Assembly: GCA_052390515.1 (NCBI GenBank) | Contig: JBQTGV010000171.1 | Location: 1 to 24,583 of the forward strand | Length of the DNA: 24,583 nt | Source: Candidatus Eiseniibacteriota bacterium | Lineage (GTDB): Bacteria > ARS69 | Direction of reading: 5' to 3' | Shown here: positions 8,103 to 16,183 of the stretch, in pieces | How the letters are laid out: each line of letters starts with the position of its first letter | Numbering within the stretch: position 1 is the stretch's first letter | The notes under the pieces: generated by a model | Databases searched by the model: none | What the model was told of the DNA's origin: nothing | Seen by the model: only the letters and a program-made list of their open reading frames with translations | Program-made: the position numbers and the translations under genes

Positions 8103-9074
8103 CCCTCCCCGGCGATCGCCAGCGCCCTCCAGCTCTCCGCGCTCCTCCGGCGTCGGACCGCCGTCCGAGAGGCCGCCTCCGCGGAGCCCTTCCCGGAGCG
8201 AGACGATCTGCTCGGAGACGAACCCCAGCCCGAGCAGCTGGACTCCCACCATGACCAGCAGCATGACCAGGTAGAGCAGCGGCCGCGAGCCGACCCCGGT
8301 CGCGATCTTCATGACGATGCCGGCGACGCCGAGGGCCACCCCCACGCCCAGCATGGTGATCCCCCACGACCCGAAGAGCAGCATGGGGCGATCCCGGAAG
8401 GACATCTCGAACTTGACCACGAGCAGATCCAGGACGCCGCGCAGGATGCGCTTGCGGCCGAACTTGGAACGGCCGGAGTGCCGCGGGTGATAGCTCGTGC
8501 GGATCTCGCGGACCCGGAACCCGCGACCGGCGGCCAGCACGACGACGTAGCGGTGCCAGTCCGAGCGAAGGTGGATCGTGTCGATGACCTCGCGACGGAA
8601 TCCCTTGATCCAGTTCAGGTCGTGCGCGTCGATCCCGAAGAGCAGCCGCGAGAGCGAGTTGTACACCCACGAGACGAAGACCTTGCCTTCCCGGCGGCCG
8701 ATGCGCCAGCCCACGATCACGTCGCAGTCGCGCTGCAGCTCGGCCAGCATCTTGGGAATGTCCTCGGCCGGATCGGACTGCAGATCCGCGGGCAGGAAGA
8801 TCACGTAGCGCCCTTGGATGTTGCGGAACCCGGTGTTGAGCGCCTCGGACAGGCCGAAGTTCCGGCGATGGCGGAAGGCGCGCAGCCCCGGATGGGACGC
8901 GCGCGCCTCCTGCACCCGCTCCCAGGTCCCGTCCGTGCTACCGTCGTCGACGAGCACGGTCTCGCCGGTCAGGCCCGCGCTGGACAGACCCTCCCGGATG
9001 CGCTCCAACAGCGGCGCGACGTTGCCTTCCTCGTTGTACGCCGGGATGATGACCGAGACGTCGGGGCGCTCCAC
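8097..9074 (-). CDS. ArnC/GtrB-like undecaprenyl-phosphate glycosyltransferase (GT2 with 2 C-terminal TM helices)
   Basis: GTG start 9074 preceded by GAGGAGG, 325 aa. VIIPAYNEEGN, VDDGSTDGT, RRNFGLSEAL, ADLQSDP, VGWR, HPRHSGRSKFG, then two hydrophobic helices ending GLGFVSEQI. Confidence 0.9.
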   Translation of the reverse strand: MERPDVSVIIPAYNEEGNVAPLLERIREGLSSAGLTGETVLVDDGSTDGTWERVQEARASHPGLRAFRHRRNFGLSEALNTGFRNIQGRYVIFLPADLQSDPAEDIPKMLAELQRDCDVIVGWRIGRREGKVFVSWVYNSLSRLLFGIDAHDLNWIKGFRREVIDTIHLRSDWHRYVVVLAAGRGFRVREIRTSYHPRHSGRSKFGRKRILRGVLDLLVVKFEMSFRDRPMLLFGSWGITMLGVGVALGVAGIVMKIATGVGSRPLLYLVMLLVMVGVQLLGLGFVSEQIVSLREGLRGGGLSDGGPTPEERGELEGAGDRRGGC

Positions 9075-9084
9075 CGCAGCCTCC

Positions 9085-10110
9085 TCAGACGGGATCGATC
9101 TCGAAAGCGTCGCCCCCCGACGCGATCGACTTCTGCGCAGCCTCGAGCGCCGCGACCACCGCGGTCCCGGCCCTCCCGTCCGTGACCGGCACGGAACGAT
9201 CGCGGACGCAGCGCAGGAAGTGGGCACATTCCTCGGCGAGCGGCTCGGTGAAGGTGATCCTGGGGATGTGGATGTCGCCGGAGTGCAGCCGGAGCTGGAA
9301 CTCTCCGTACTCCGCCTCCTGTCCCGTGCGGCGCACCCCCTTGTCGTAGATCTTGACCTTGCCCTCGGACTCGACGTCGTCGTACACGATCATCTTCTTC
9401 GAGCCCACGAACGTCGTCCGGCGCGTGCGGCTGGGGTCCAGCCAGCTGGCGTGCACGTGCGCGAGCGCGCCGCCGGGATACTCGAACACCGCGAACACGA
9501 CGTCCTCGATCCCCGGCTGCAGGTACGAGCGCCCCATCGCGCGGACGCGGACAGGCAGACTCCCGAGGACGTGGTTGACGATGGACACGTCGTGCGGCGC
9601 GACGTTCCACAGCGCGTTCACGTCCTGCCGGATGCGCCCGAGGTTCACCCGGCTCGAATACACGTAGAGCACTTCGCCGATCTCGTCCCTCTCCACCAGC
9701 TCGCGGATCTTGCGCACGGCGGCGTTGAAGATGAACGTGTGCCCGACCATGAGAACGCGCCCGGTCTCCTGCGCGCACCGCATCATCGCGCGGCACTCGG
9801 CCACGTTCACGGCCAGCGGCTTCTCCACCAGCACGTCCTTGCCGGCGCGCATCGCCCGGACGGCGAGCTCGTGATGCGAGGACGCCGGCGTGGCGACGAC
9901 CACCGCGCGGACCCGCTCGTCGGCCATGGCCGCGTCCAGATCCGTGGAGAGCGCCGCGCCCGGAAAGCGGCGTCCCACCTGGCGAAGCCGCTCGGGATCG
10001 GTGTCACAGATGGAAACGAGCTCGGAGTCCGCGGACTCGGCGAAGTTGCGGATCAGATTGGGCCCCCAGTAGCCCGCTCCCACGCAGGCGACGCCGATGG
10101 GCTCGTTCAT
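9085..10110 (-). CDS. Gfo/Idh/MocA-family NAD-dependent oxidoreductase (probable NDP-sugar dehydrogenase)
   Basis: 341 aa. VGAGYWGPNL Rossmann motif, VVATPASSH, VLVEKPLA, MVGHTF, NVAPHDVS, EPLAEECAHF. Confidence 0.92.
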   Translation of the reverse strand: MNEPIGVACVGAGYWGPNLIRNFAESADSELVSICDTDPERLRQVGRRFPGAALSTDLDAAMADERVRAVVVATPASSHHELAVRAMRAGKDVLVEKPLAVNVAECRAMMRCAQETGRVLMVGHTFIFNAAVRKIRELVERDEIGEVLYVYSSRVNLGRIRQDVNALWNVAPHDVSIVNHVLGSLPVRVRAMGRSYLQPGIEDVVFAVFEYPGGALAHVHASWLDPSRTRRTTFVGSKKMIVYDDVESEGKVKIYDKGVRRTGQEAEYGEFQLRLHSGDIHIPRITFTEPLAEECAHFLRCVRDRSVPVTDGRAGTAVVAALEAAQKSIASGGDAFEIDPV

Positions 10111-10126
10111 GGGCTGCTCCCGCGCG

Positions 10127-10813
10127 TCAATCCGTGACCCGGAACTTCAGGAGGAACCACAGCGCGGCGATCCCGTCGCGCCAAGTGATCTTCTTGCCCT
10201 CTTCGTACCCCCGACCGTTGTACGAGATCGGCACCTCGTACACTTTGTACCCCCGCTTGAAGATCTTCGCGGTGAACTCCGGCTCGAACCCGAAGCGGTT
10301 CGCCGTGAGCCGCAGCGACTGGAAAACCTCGCGGCGCGTCATCTTGAAGCAGGTCTCCATGTCCGAGAGCATCGTGTTGTAGAGCAGGTTCGTCAGGAAG
10401 GTCAGGAACAGGTTGCCGGCATAGTGCCAGAACAGGAAGACGCGGTGCGTCCCCAGGAAGCGCGTGCCGTAGGTCACGTCGGCCCGTCCGTCCAGGATCG
10501 GCGCGGCCAGCAGCTCGTACTCCTCCGGGTAGTACTCCAGATCCGCGTCCTGCACGACGACGAGGTCCCCGGTCACGTGCGGCTGCGCGGTGCGGATGGC
10601 CGCCCCCTTGCCCCGGTTCACCTCGTGGTGGAAGACGCGGACGTTGCCCCCCTCCAGGCGCTCCAGGATCCGGCGCGTGCCGTCCGTCGACGCGTCGTTG
10701 ACGATGAGCAGCTCCTTCTCCAGCGGGAACCGCGCGGCCTGCACCCGCCGGACGATCTCCTCGAGCGTCTTCTCCTCGTTGTACACCGGGATGATCACCG
10801 TCAGCTTCGTCAC
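10127..10813 (-). CDS. Polyprenol-phosphate glycosyltransferase-like GT2 (DPM/DPG-synthase-like)
   Basis: 228 aa, GTG start (GTGA overlap). IIPVYNEE, VNDASTDGT, NRGKGAAIR, QDADLEYYP, YGTRF, DMETCFK, FGFEPE, EVPISYNGR, EGKKITWRDG. Confidence 0.92.
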   Translation of the reverse strand: MTKLTVIIPVYNEEKTLEEIVRRVQAARFPLEKELLIVNDASTDGTRRILERLEGGNVRVFHHEVNRGKGAAIRTAQPHVTGDLVVVQDADLEYYPEEYELLAAPILDGRADVTYGTRFLGTHRVFLFWHYAGNLFLTFLTNLLYNTMLSDMETCFKMTRREVFQSLRLTANRFGFEPEFTAKIFKRGYKVYEVPISYNGRGYEEGKKITWRDGIAALWFLLKFRVTD

Positions 10814-12948
10814 CGGGCCAGCTCCGTGATCATCTTCTCGAGCTCCCGGTTGTCGCGGTTCAGTCGCAGAGCGGTCATCAATGCGGCGATCGCCTCGGCA
10901 CGCTCCCCGCGGCGCAGGTGCAGCACGCCGAGGTTCTGCCAGTTCAGCGGATCCAGCGGACGGAGCCGGATCGCCTCGCGCAGCAGCCCCTCGGCGCGCG
11001 CGTAGTCCTCCAGTTTAAACCAGCAAACCGATTCCAACGAGAGGAGTTCCGGGATCTCGGCCCCGCCGGCCGTCCGGTACTCGGCGAACGTGCGCAGCGC
11101 CGCCTCCCAGTTCTGCCGTCCCGCCTCCGAAGCGCCCAGCTCCCAGAGCGTCGGCCGGTAGGCGTGCAGCGTCCGACCGTCGAGCGTCGCGGGCAGGCGC
11201 CGGATCTCCAGCGTGCTGGAGAAGAGCGTGCTCACCGGCCAGACCTGCACCACCTCGGTCTGATCGAGGAGCCCGGGGAAGCGTTCCTCCAGCTGGTCCG
11301 CATCCCCCTGTCCGCAGATCACGACGTGCGTGACCCCGTAACGGGCGAGGACCTCGGGGTCCCCGGGCGGCCCGAAGTACGGGTGCACGCGGTGGCGGGT
11401 GTCCTGCGTCAGCAGCGGCGCCATCGGACCCAGCAGCACCGCGTCCTCCGCGATCATGGAAGGGAACGACGACTTCACGTCCTCGATGAACCGGGTGCGA
11501 TGCGAGGCCCACCATCCGTACTGGGCGAGCCCCATGGCCAGCGCGAATCCGATCCCGAACCATCCCGCGCCACGGAGCGCAGCTTCCCCCACCACGCGCC
11601 TCCGCAGGCGCGCGGCGATCTCCGGACTCCACAGGGCGAGCACGTACGCCACGATGGCCAGCACGGCCGCCCATGCCAGGTTTTGGTAGAACGTGTCGAA
11701 GTTGCGGAAGAGGTCCACGATCGTCTCGAACGTCGCCTCCGAGATGCGGGCGGGCGGCGCCGTCAACGACTCGAGCGAGATCGACGCCCACTGCTTGACC
11801 GTGTCGATCGTTCCGAACGCCGCGGAGTACAGCCACACGAAGAGCGGCACGTGCTCGTCCCACCGCGCCGGGGCGCGCAGTCGGAAGTCCTTCGCACGGA
11901 GCAGTGCGGTCAGCCACACCGCCGTGCCGGCGACCAGCGGAGGCGCCACCAGCATGTAGTATCGCGGTGCCTTGTACGGCAGGAGCGAGAGGTACGTCCA
12001 CATTCCCAGGAACCAGAACGCCCAGATCGCCGAGCCGTCCGCCACCCCCTTGCGTCGCGCCGCGGCGTTGCCCACGGTCCAGATGGCGAAGAGGCTCCCC
12101 ACCGCTCCCTCCAGCGGCAGCCGGTAGAACATCCACGAGCGCCGCAGCGTGTTGTAGAACTCGCCCAGGCCTTCGCGCAGGGACACCGCGAACGGAAACG
12201 GTCCGTGACCGGTGGACTGGCGGCCTACGTGCGCGAGAAGGTCCTCGCGGTGCGGAAGGAAGATGAAGACGAGCCACACCGCGAAGACGGCGGTGCCTCC
12301 GGCGAGGACCGGGAGCACGGCGCGCAGGTTCCGCGTGCGCAGCCACGGCAGAAGCACGATGCCGGGGAGGAACCCCACCGCGTGGTACTTGCCGAAGAGA
12401 GTCGCGGCGACGCCCAGGGCGCCGGCCAGCGCTCCGGCGCGCGCCGTTCGCCCCGTCGAGGCCACGCAGGCGAAGGCCAGCATCGCCGCCACGAGGTTCT
12501 CCGCGACCGGAATGCGGGCGAACATCGTCAGCCAGAAGTTCACCGCGGCGAGCGCGGCCCCGAGCAGCGCGGCCCGCGGTCCCGAGGTCCGGTACAGCCC
12601 CCACACGAGCGCGGCGACGAGCGCGGTGCCGAACAGCGCCGAAAGGATCTGCGACGGAAGCCGTCCGGTGCCGAGCAGCGCGTAGGCCGTCCGGGTGAAC
12701 GCGTTCATCAGGGGGTACACCCAGAGATCGCGGTTGTAGTCGGAGATCCACTGCCCGAACAGCGCGTCGTTCCGCGCCGCGTGCACCATGGTGGTCGGAT
12801 CGGTGTACACGCCGTTGGACCAGGAGAAGCGCACCGGCGGATCTGCCAGCGGCCACGCGGCGCGAAGCAGCAGCGCGAGCGCCAGGAGCAGCGGGATCGC
12901 CGCGCGGCGCGCGGCGGACGGATGCGCGCCGGAGTCGGGTCCGCTCAA
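10810..12948 (-). CDS. GT-C fold (ArnT/PMT_2, GT39/GT83-like) membrane glycosyltransferase with C-terminal TPR repeats, paralog 2
   Basis: 712 aa from TTG. About 12 hydrophobic helices. First loop WPLADP..SWSNGVYTDP..HAARN, then ARIPVAENL, GKYH and YKAPRY. C-terminal TPRs (YARAEGLLREAIRLRPLDPLNWQNLGVLHLRRGERAEAIAALMTALRLNRDN). Confidence 0.82.
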   Translation of the reverse strand: MSGPDSGAHPSAARRAAIPLLLALALLLRAAWPLADPPVRFSWSNGVYTDPTTMVHAARNDALFGQWISDYNRDLWVYPLMNAFTRTAYALLGTGRLPSQILSALFGTALVAALVWGLYRTSGPRAALLGAALAAVNFWLTMFARIPVAENLVAAMLAFACVASTGRTARAGALAGALGVAATLFGKYHAVGFLPGIVLLPWLRTRNLRAVLPVLAGGTAVFAVWLVFIFLPHREDLLAHVGRQSTGHGPFPFAVSLREGLGEFYNTLRRSWMFYRLPLEGAVGSLFAIWTVGNAAARRKGVADGSAIWAFWFLGMWTYLSLLPYKAPRYYMLVAPPLVAGTAVWLTALLRAKDFRLRAPARWDEHVPLFVWLYSAAFGTIDTVKQWASISLESLTAPPARISEATFETIVDLFRNFDTFYQNLAWAAVLAIVAYVLALWSPEIAARLRRRVVGEAALRGAGWFGIGFALAMGLAQYGWWASHRTRFIEDVKSSFPSMIAEDAVLLGPMAPLLTQDTRHRVHPYFGPPGDPEVLARYGVTHVVICGQGDADQLEERFPGLLDQTEVVQVWPVSTLFSSTLEIRRLPATLDGRTLHAYRPTLWELGASEAGRQNWEAALRTFAEYRTAGGAEIPELLSLESVCWFKLEDYARAEGLLREAIRLRPLDPLNWQNLGVLHLRRGERAEAIAALMTALRLNRDNRELEKMITELAR

Positions 12949-12952
12949 CGTC

Positions 12953-13309
12953 TCACCGCGCTGCGGGGTCGCGGAGCGCGCGGACTTCCTCGCGAAGCAG
13001 CGCGTTCTCCTGCGCGAGCCTCTTCGTTCGCTCGGACAGGCCGGAGAGGATCACGGAGAAGTGCAGCAGGATCAGCAGGAGGAACCCGAAGCCGACCAGG
13101 AACAGGGCCGAGGGCGGATAGGCGATGCCGAAGAGGAAGGCCATGCGGTCCAGCAGCCCGCGCCAGAGCGAGAGCACCAGGAGCACCGCGCCGGTGAACA
13201 GCCAGAGCAGCGAGTACTCCTCCTGCAGGCGCCGGGAGCGCACCAGCTCGAACACGACGGTCAGGAGCAGCGCGCTCCCGACGATGGACACCCACTGAAC
13301 GCGATCCAT
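12953..13309 (-). CDS. DUF2304-family small membrane protein (GacJ/Rv3632-like partner of polyprenol-P sugar synthase)
   Basis: ATG 13309 with GGGGAG SD, 118 aa. 'FELVRSRRLQEEYSLLWL', 'FGIAYPPSALF' and 'LSGLSERTKRLAQENALL' give three TM helices plus a coiled tail, typical of DUF2304. Confidence 0.88.
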   Translation of the reverse strand: MDRVQWVSIVGSALLLTVVFELVRSRRLQEEYSLLWLFTGAVLLVLSLWRGLLDRMAFLFGIAYPPSALFLVGFGFLLLILLHFSVILSGLSERTKRLAQENALLREEVRALRDPAAR

Positions 13310-13330
13310 CGGTTCTCCCCGCGCGGGCGA

Positions 13331-13348
13331 AGAGCCTAGCACGGCTCT
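13331..13348 (-). promoter_or_regulatory. Putative extended -10 (TGCTAGGCT, 13341-13333) embedded in a 6-bp inverted repeat AGAGCC-N6-GGCTCT
   Basis: Lies in the 121-bp spacer upstream of DUF2304. TGnTAnnnT pattern about 24 nt before the ATG; the inverted repeat is read directly from the sequence. Confidence 0.35.
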
Positions 13349-13430
13349 CCGGCACCCGCTACGGCCCGGCGCCCGGCGGCGTTGGGTCGGTAGGGGACGT
13401 GCGCGCGACGCGAGCTTCCGCAATGCCCCA

Positions 13431-15488
13431 CTACCCGCCCGGCGGCGCGCCCTCCTCGTCGAGCCGGTGGAGCGCCTCCTCAATCTTCTCGTCGTACGGA
13501 TCCAGACGTCGCGCCCGCGTCCAGGCGTCACGGGCGAGGGCAGGGTCGCCGGCCCGCGCGGCGACGAGCCCCAGGTGGAACCAGTGCCCCGGATCCGCCG
13601 GCGACAGCGCGACCGCCTCGAGCAGACGGGAACGAGAGCGCGCCAGGTCGCCGAGCGCGAACCACGCACGTCCCTCGGCGGCGAGGTGATCCGCACCGAC
13701 GGCTCCTCCCGCGTTCCGGTGGGCGTCGAGGAGCGCGAGCGCCTCTTGCGGACGACCTGCCTCCAGCTCCGCCATGGAATTCTCGAAGGCGGTAGGCCGG
13801 TACCGCGTGCCGAGGATGCGATGAAGCTCCACGGCGCGGACGTGACGCGCCCGCAGCGGCCAGCGCCTCACCGGCGTCAGCCGGTCCGCGAGCTCCGGGT
13901 TGGCGTGGTCGAACTCGACCTGTTCCCCAGCGCTCCCGAACACGACGTGAGTGACGCCGTGCCGCACGACGGCGCCGCTCTCGACCGCACCGAACTCCGG
14001 CACGCCGACCCGTCGCCCGTCCTGCACGAGCAGCGGAGCGAACGCGCCGAACAGCACGGCGTCCTCGCCCACGATCGCGTCCAGCGACGCCTTCGCCTCC
14101 TCGATGGCGTACGTGCGGTGCGTCGCCCATCGACCGAACTGCATCACCTCGAGCAGCAGGGCGAGGGCGCCGAGTCGCACCGCGAGCGTTCGACGAGGCA
14201 GCGCAGCCAGTCTCCCGGCGAGCGCGAGGGGCGGTGACAGCACCGCCCACGCGGTCACCGCCAGACATGCGGCGGCCAGCAGGAGGTGAGCTGGCCACGG
14301 ACGGATCGCCGCCATGGCATCGATCGCCGCCGAGCCGGCAGCGCCGCCGAGCACCCGGTCGACGAGTGCGAGCGCGTGCGTCGCGACGTCCACGGCGACG
14401 ACCGAGCTCAGCGCGAGCCACACGACGAGGACCCCGCGGCTCCCGACGACGCGGCTCCCCCGCGCGATCTCGACGAGCAGGCAGGCGCCCGCGGTCAGGA
14501 GCGGCACCGCGGCCGGCACGAAATGGCGCGGCGCCTTGTACGGGAGCAGCGTCAGCATCACCCAGGCGGCCACGAACCACGCCGCGAACAGCGCCGTGCC
14601 GTCCTCGAGTCGTCTCCGGCGCAGCTCGCGGTCCAGCAGCGTTCCGACGACGAAGAGCCCGCCGAGCGCGCCGAGAACGGGCGTCCTGTGGAAGAGCCAC
14701 GAGGCGCGGAGCGTCCAGAGCAGCTCCTCCGCCGCGGCGACCGGCGAGCGCAGGAGCGGCGGCGTTCCATACAGCTCCGCAGCCCGGCCGAGCTGATCCA
14801 GGATCTCGGCTCGGAACGGCCACGACACGAGAGCACCCCAGAGACAGCCGGCGGCCAGGAAGCCCGCGACGGCGGGCATGCACGCGGCGGCCCGTCGCTC
14901 CCGCAACGCGGCGAAGACGAAGAGTGCCGGCGCGAATGCCGTCGCGTGGACCTTGCCGAGGAACGCCGCTGCGCCGGCCAGGAGGCCGGCGGCGAAGAGC
15001 GATCCGCGCCCCCGACCGCAGGCGGCCGCGCAGGCGCCGGCCAGGAGCGCGACGACGAGGTTCTCGGCCAGCGGCACGCGCGAGAACATCGCCAGCCAGA
15101 AGCTCGCCGCCGGCACTCCGGCGGCGACTAGCGCCGCCGCCCCGCCCTTCGCGCGGCGCACCGCCAGGAAGACGGCGAGCACGGTGATCGTGCCGAGGAC
15201 CGCGGCGAGCATCTGTGCGGTGACGCGGCTCGGGCCGAACGCGCGGTACGCGGCCCAGGTGATCCCGTTGAAGAGTGGATAGAAGACGAGATCGCGGCTC
15301 TCGTCCCGCACCCACTCGCCGAAGAGCACCGCGTTGCGCGCGGCGTGCGTGATCGAGGCGGGATCGGTGTACTCGCCGCTGGACCAGGAGAGGTGCTCCG
15401 CCGGATCGGCCAGCGGCCAGATCCCGCGCGTCACCAGCGCCACGAGCAGGATGACGCCGAGCGCCAACCGACCGCCGGCGGCCGTCAC
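13431..15488 (-). CDS. GT-C fold (ArnT/PMT_2, GT39/GT83-like) membrane glycosyltransferase with C-terminal TPR repeats, paralog 1
   Basis: GTG 15488 (GTGA overlap), 685 aa, multi-TM. WPLADP..SWSSGEYTDP..HAARN, SRVPLAENL, GKVH, YKAPRH. C-terminal TPRs (LLEAVALSPADPGHWFHLGLVAARAGDPALARDAWTRARRLDPYD). Confidence 0.82.
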   Translation of the reverse strand: MTAAGGRLALGVILLVALVTRGIWPLADPAEHLSWSSGEYTDPASITHAARNAVLFGEWVRDESRDLVFYPLFNGITWAAYRAFGPSRVTAQMLAAVLGTITVLAVFLAVRRAKGGAAALVAAGVPAASFWLAMFSRVPLAENLVVALLAGACAAACGRGRGSLFAAGLLAGAAAFLGKVHATAFAPALFVFAALRERRAAACMPAVAGFLAAGCLWGALVSWPFRAEILDQLGRAAELYGTPPLLRSPVAAAEELLWTLRASWLFHRTPVLGALGGLFVVGTLLDRELRRRRLEDGTALFAAWFVAAWVMLTLLPYKAPRHFVPAAVPLLTAGACLLVEIARGSRVVGSRGVLVVWLALSSVVAVDVATHALALVDRVLGGAAGSAAIDAMAAIRPWPAHLLLAAACLAVTAWAVLSPPLALAGRLAALPRRTLAVRLGALALLLEVMQFGRWATHRTYAIEEAKASLDAIVGEDAVLFGAFAPLLVQDGRRVGVPEFGAVESGAVVRHGVTHVVFGSAGEQVEFDHANPELADRLTPVRRWPLRARHVRAVELHRILGTRYRPTAFENSMAELEAGRPQEALALLDAHRNAGGAVGADHLAAEGRAWFALGDLARSRSRLLEAVALSPADPGHWFHLGLVAARAGDPALARDAWTRARRLDPYDEKIEEALHRLDEEGAPPGG

Positions 15489-16183
15489 CGCGAAGGCACC
15501 CGCCGGAACAGACCGATGGCGATGGCCAGCAGCACCTTGACCATGTAGTACGCGGACCGGCCCGCGGTGATCGACGAGTGACCGGTGCTGCGCTCTCGGA
15601 ACTCGCACGCCGTCTCGACGACGCGGAAGCCCGCGCGGCGCAGCAGCACGAGCGCCTCGACTTCCGGATAGTCGCTCGGGTAGTGCTCCGCGCAGTACTC
15701 GATGACCCCTCGCCCGGCCGCGCGGAACCCCGACGTCGTGTCCCGCAGGCGTTGCCCGGTGATGGCCGACACCACCGCGGAGAACACGATCATGCCCACG
15801 CGCCGCGACGCCGGCGCGTGATAGTGCGCCTCGCCGACGAAGCGGGAGCCCAGCGCGAGGTCCGCCGCGCCGCCGTTCAGCACGGCGACCAGCCGGTCGA
15901 TCTCCGACGGCAGATGCTGCCCGTCGCCGTCGACCTGAACGGCCACCTCGTATCCATGATCCCGCGCGAACTGGTAGCCGGTCTGCACCGCGCCGCCGAT
16001 CCCCAGGTTGAACGGCAGCACGACGACTCGGGCGCCGGCGGCGCGCGCCTTCTCGCCGGTCGCGTCGGACGAGCCGTCGTCGATCACGACCACGTCCACG
16101 TCGCCGCGCGACAGGAGCTCCCGGACGACCCCGCCGACCGACGCCTCTTCGTTGTATGCCGGCACGATGGCGACGGCCCTCAT
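15485..16183 (-). CDS. Polyprenol-phosphate glycosyltransferase-like GT2 (GacI/PpgS-type, usual DUF2304 partner)
   Basis: ATG 16183 (ATGA overlap, GGGAGGGGG SD), 232 aa. IVPAYNEE, IDDGSSDAT, NLGIGGAVQTG, VDGDGQH, GSRF, DTTSGFRA, DYPEVE, RERSTGHSS. Confidence 0.9.
   Translation of the reverse strand: MRAVAIVPAYNEEASVGGVVRELLSRGDVDVVVIDDGSSDATGEKARAAGARVVVLPFNLGIGGAVQTGYQFARDHGYEVAVQVDGDGQHLPSEIDRLVAVLNGGAADLALGSRFVGEAHYHAPASRRVGMIVFSAVVSAITGQRLRDTTSGFRAAGRGVIEYCAEHYPSDYPEVEALVLLRRAGFRVVETACEFRERSTGHSSITAGRSAYYMVKVLLAIAIGLFRRVPSR

Noticed and set aside
11010-11045. Short AT-richer patch (CAGTTTAAACCAGCAAACCGATTCCAAC)
   Set aside because: It lies in frame within the TPR coding region and is too short to support a promoter or foreign-DNA call.
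12690-15430. Near-identical DNA segments at about 12797-12829 and 15361-15393 as a repeat or mobile element
   Set aside because: Explained by a conserved protein motif in paralogous GT-C genes. There are no terminal repeats or transposase.
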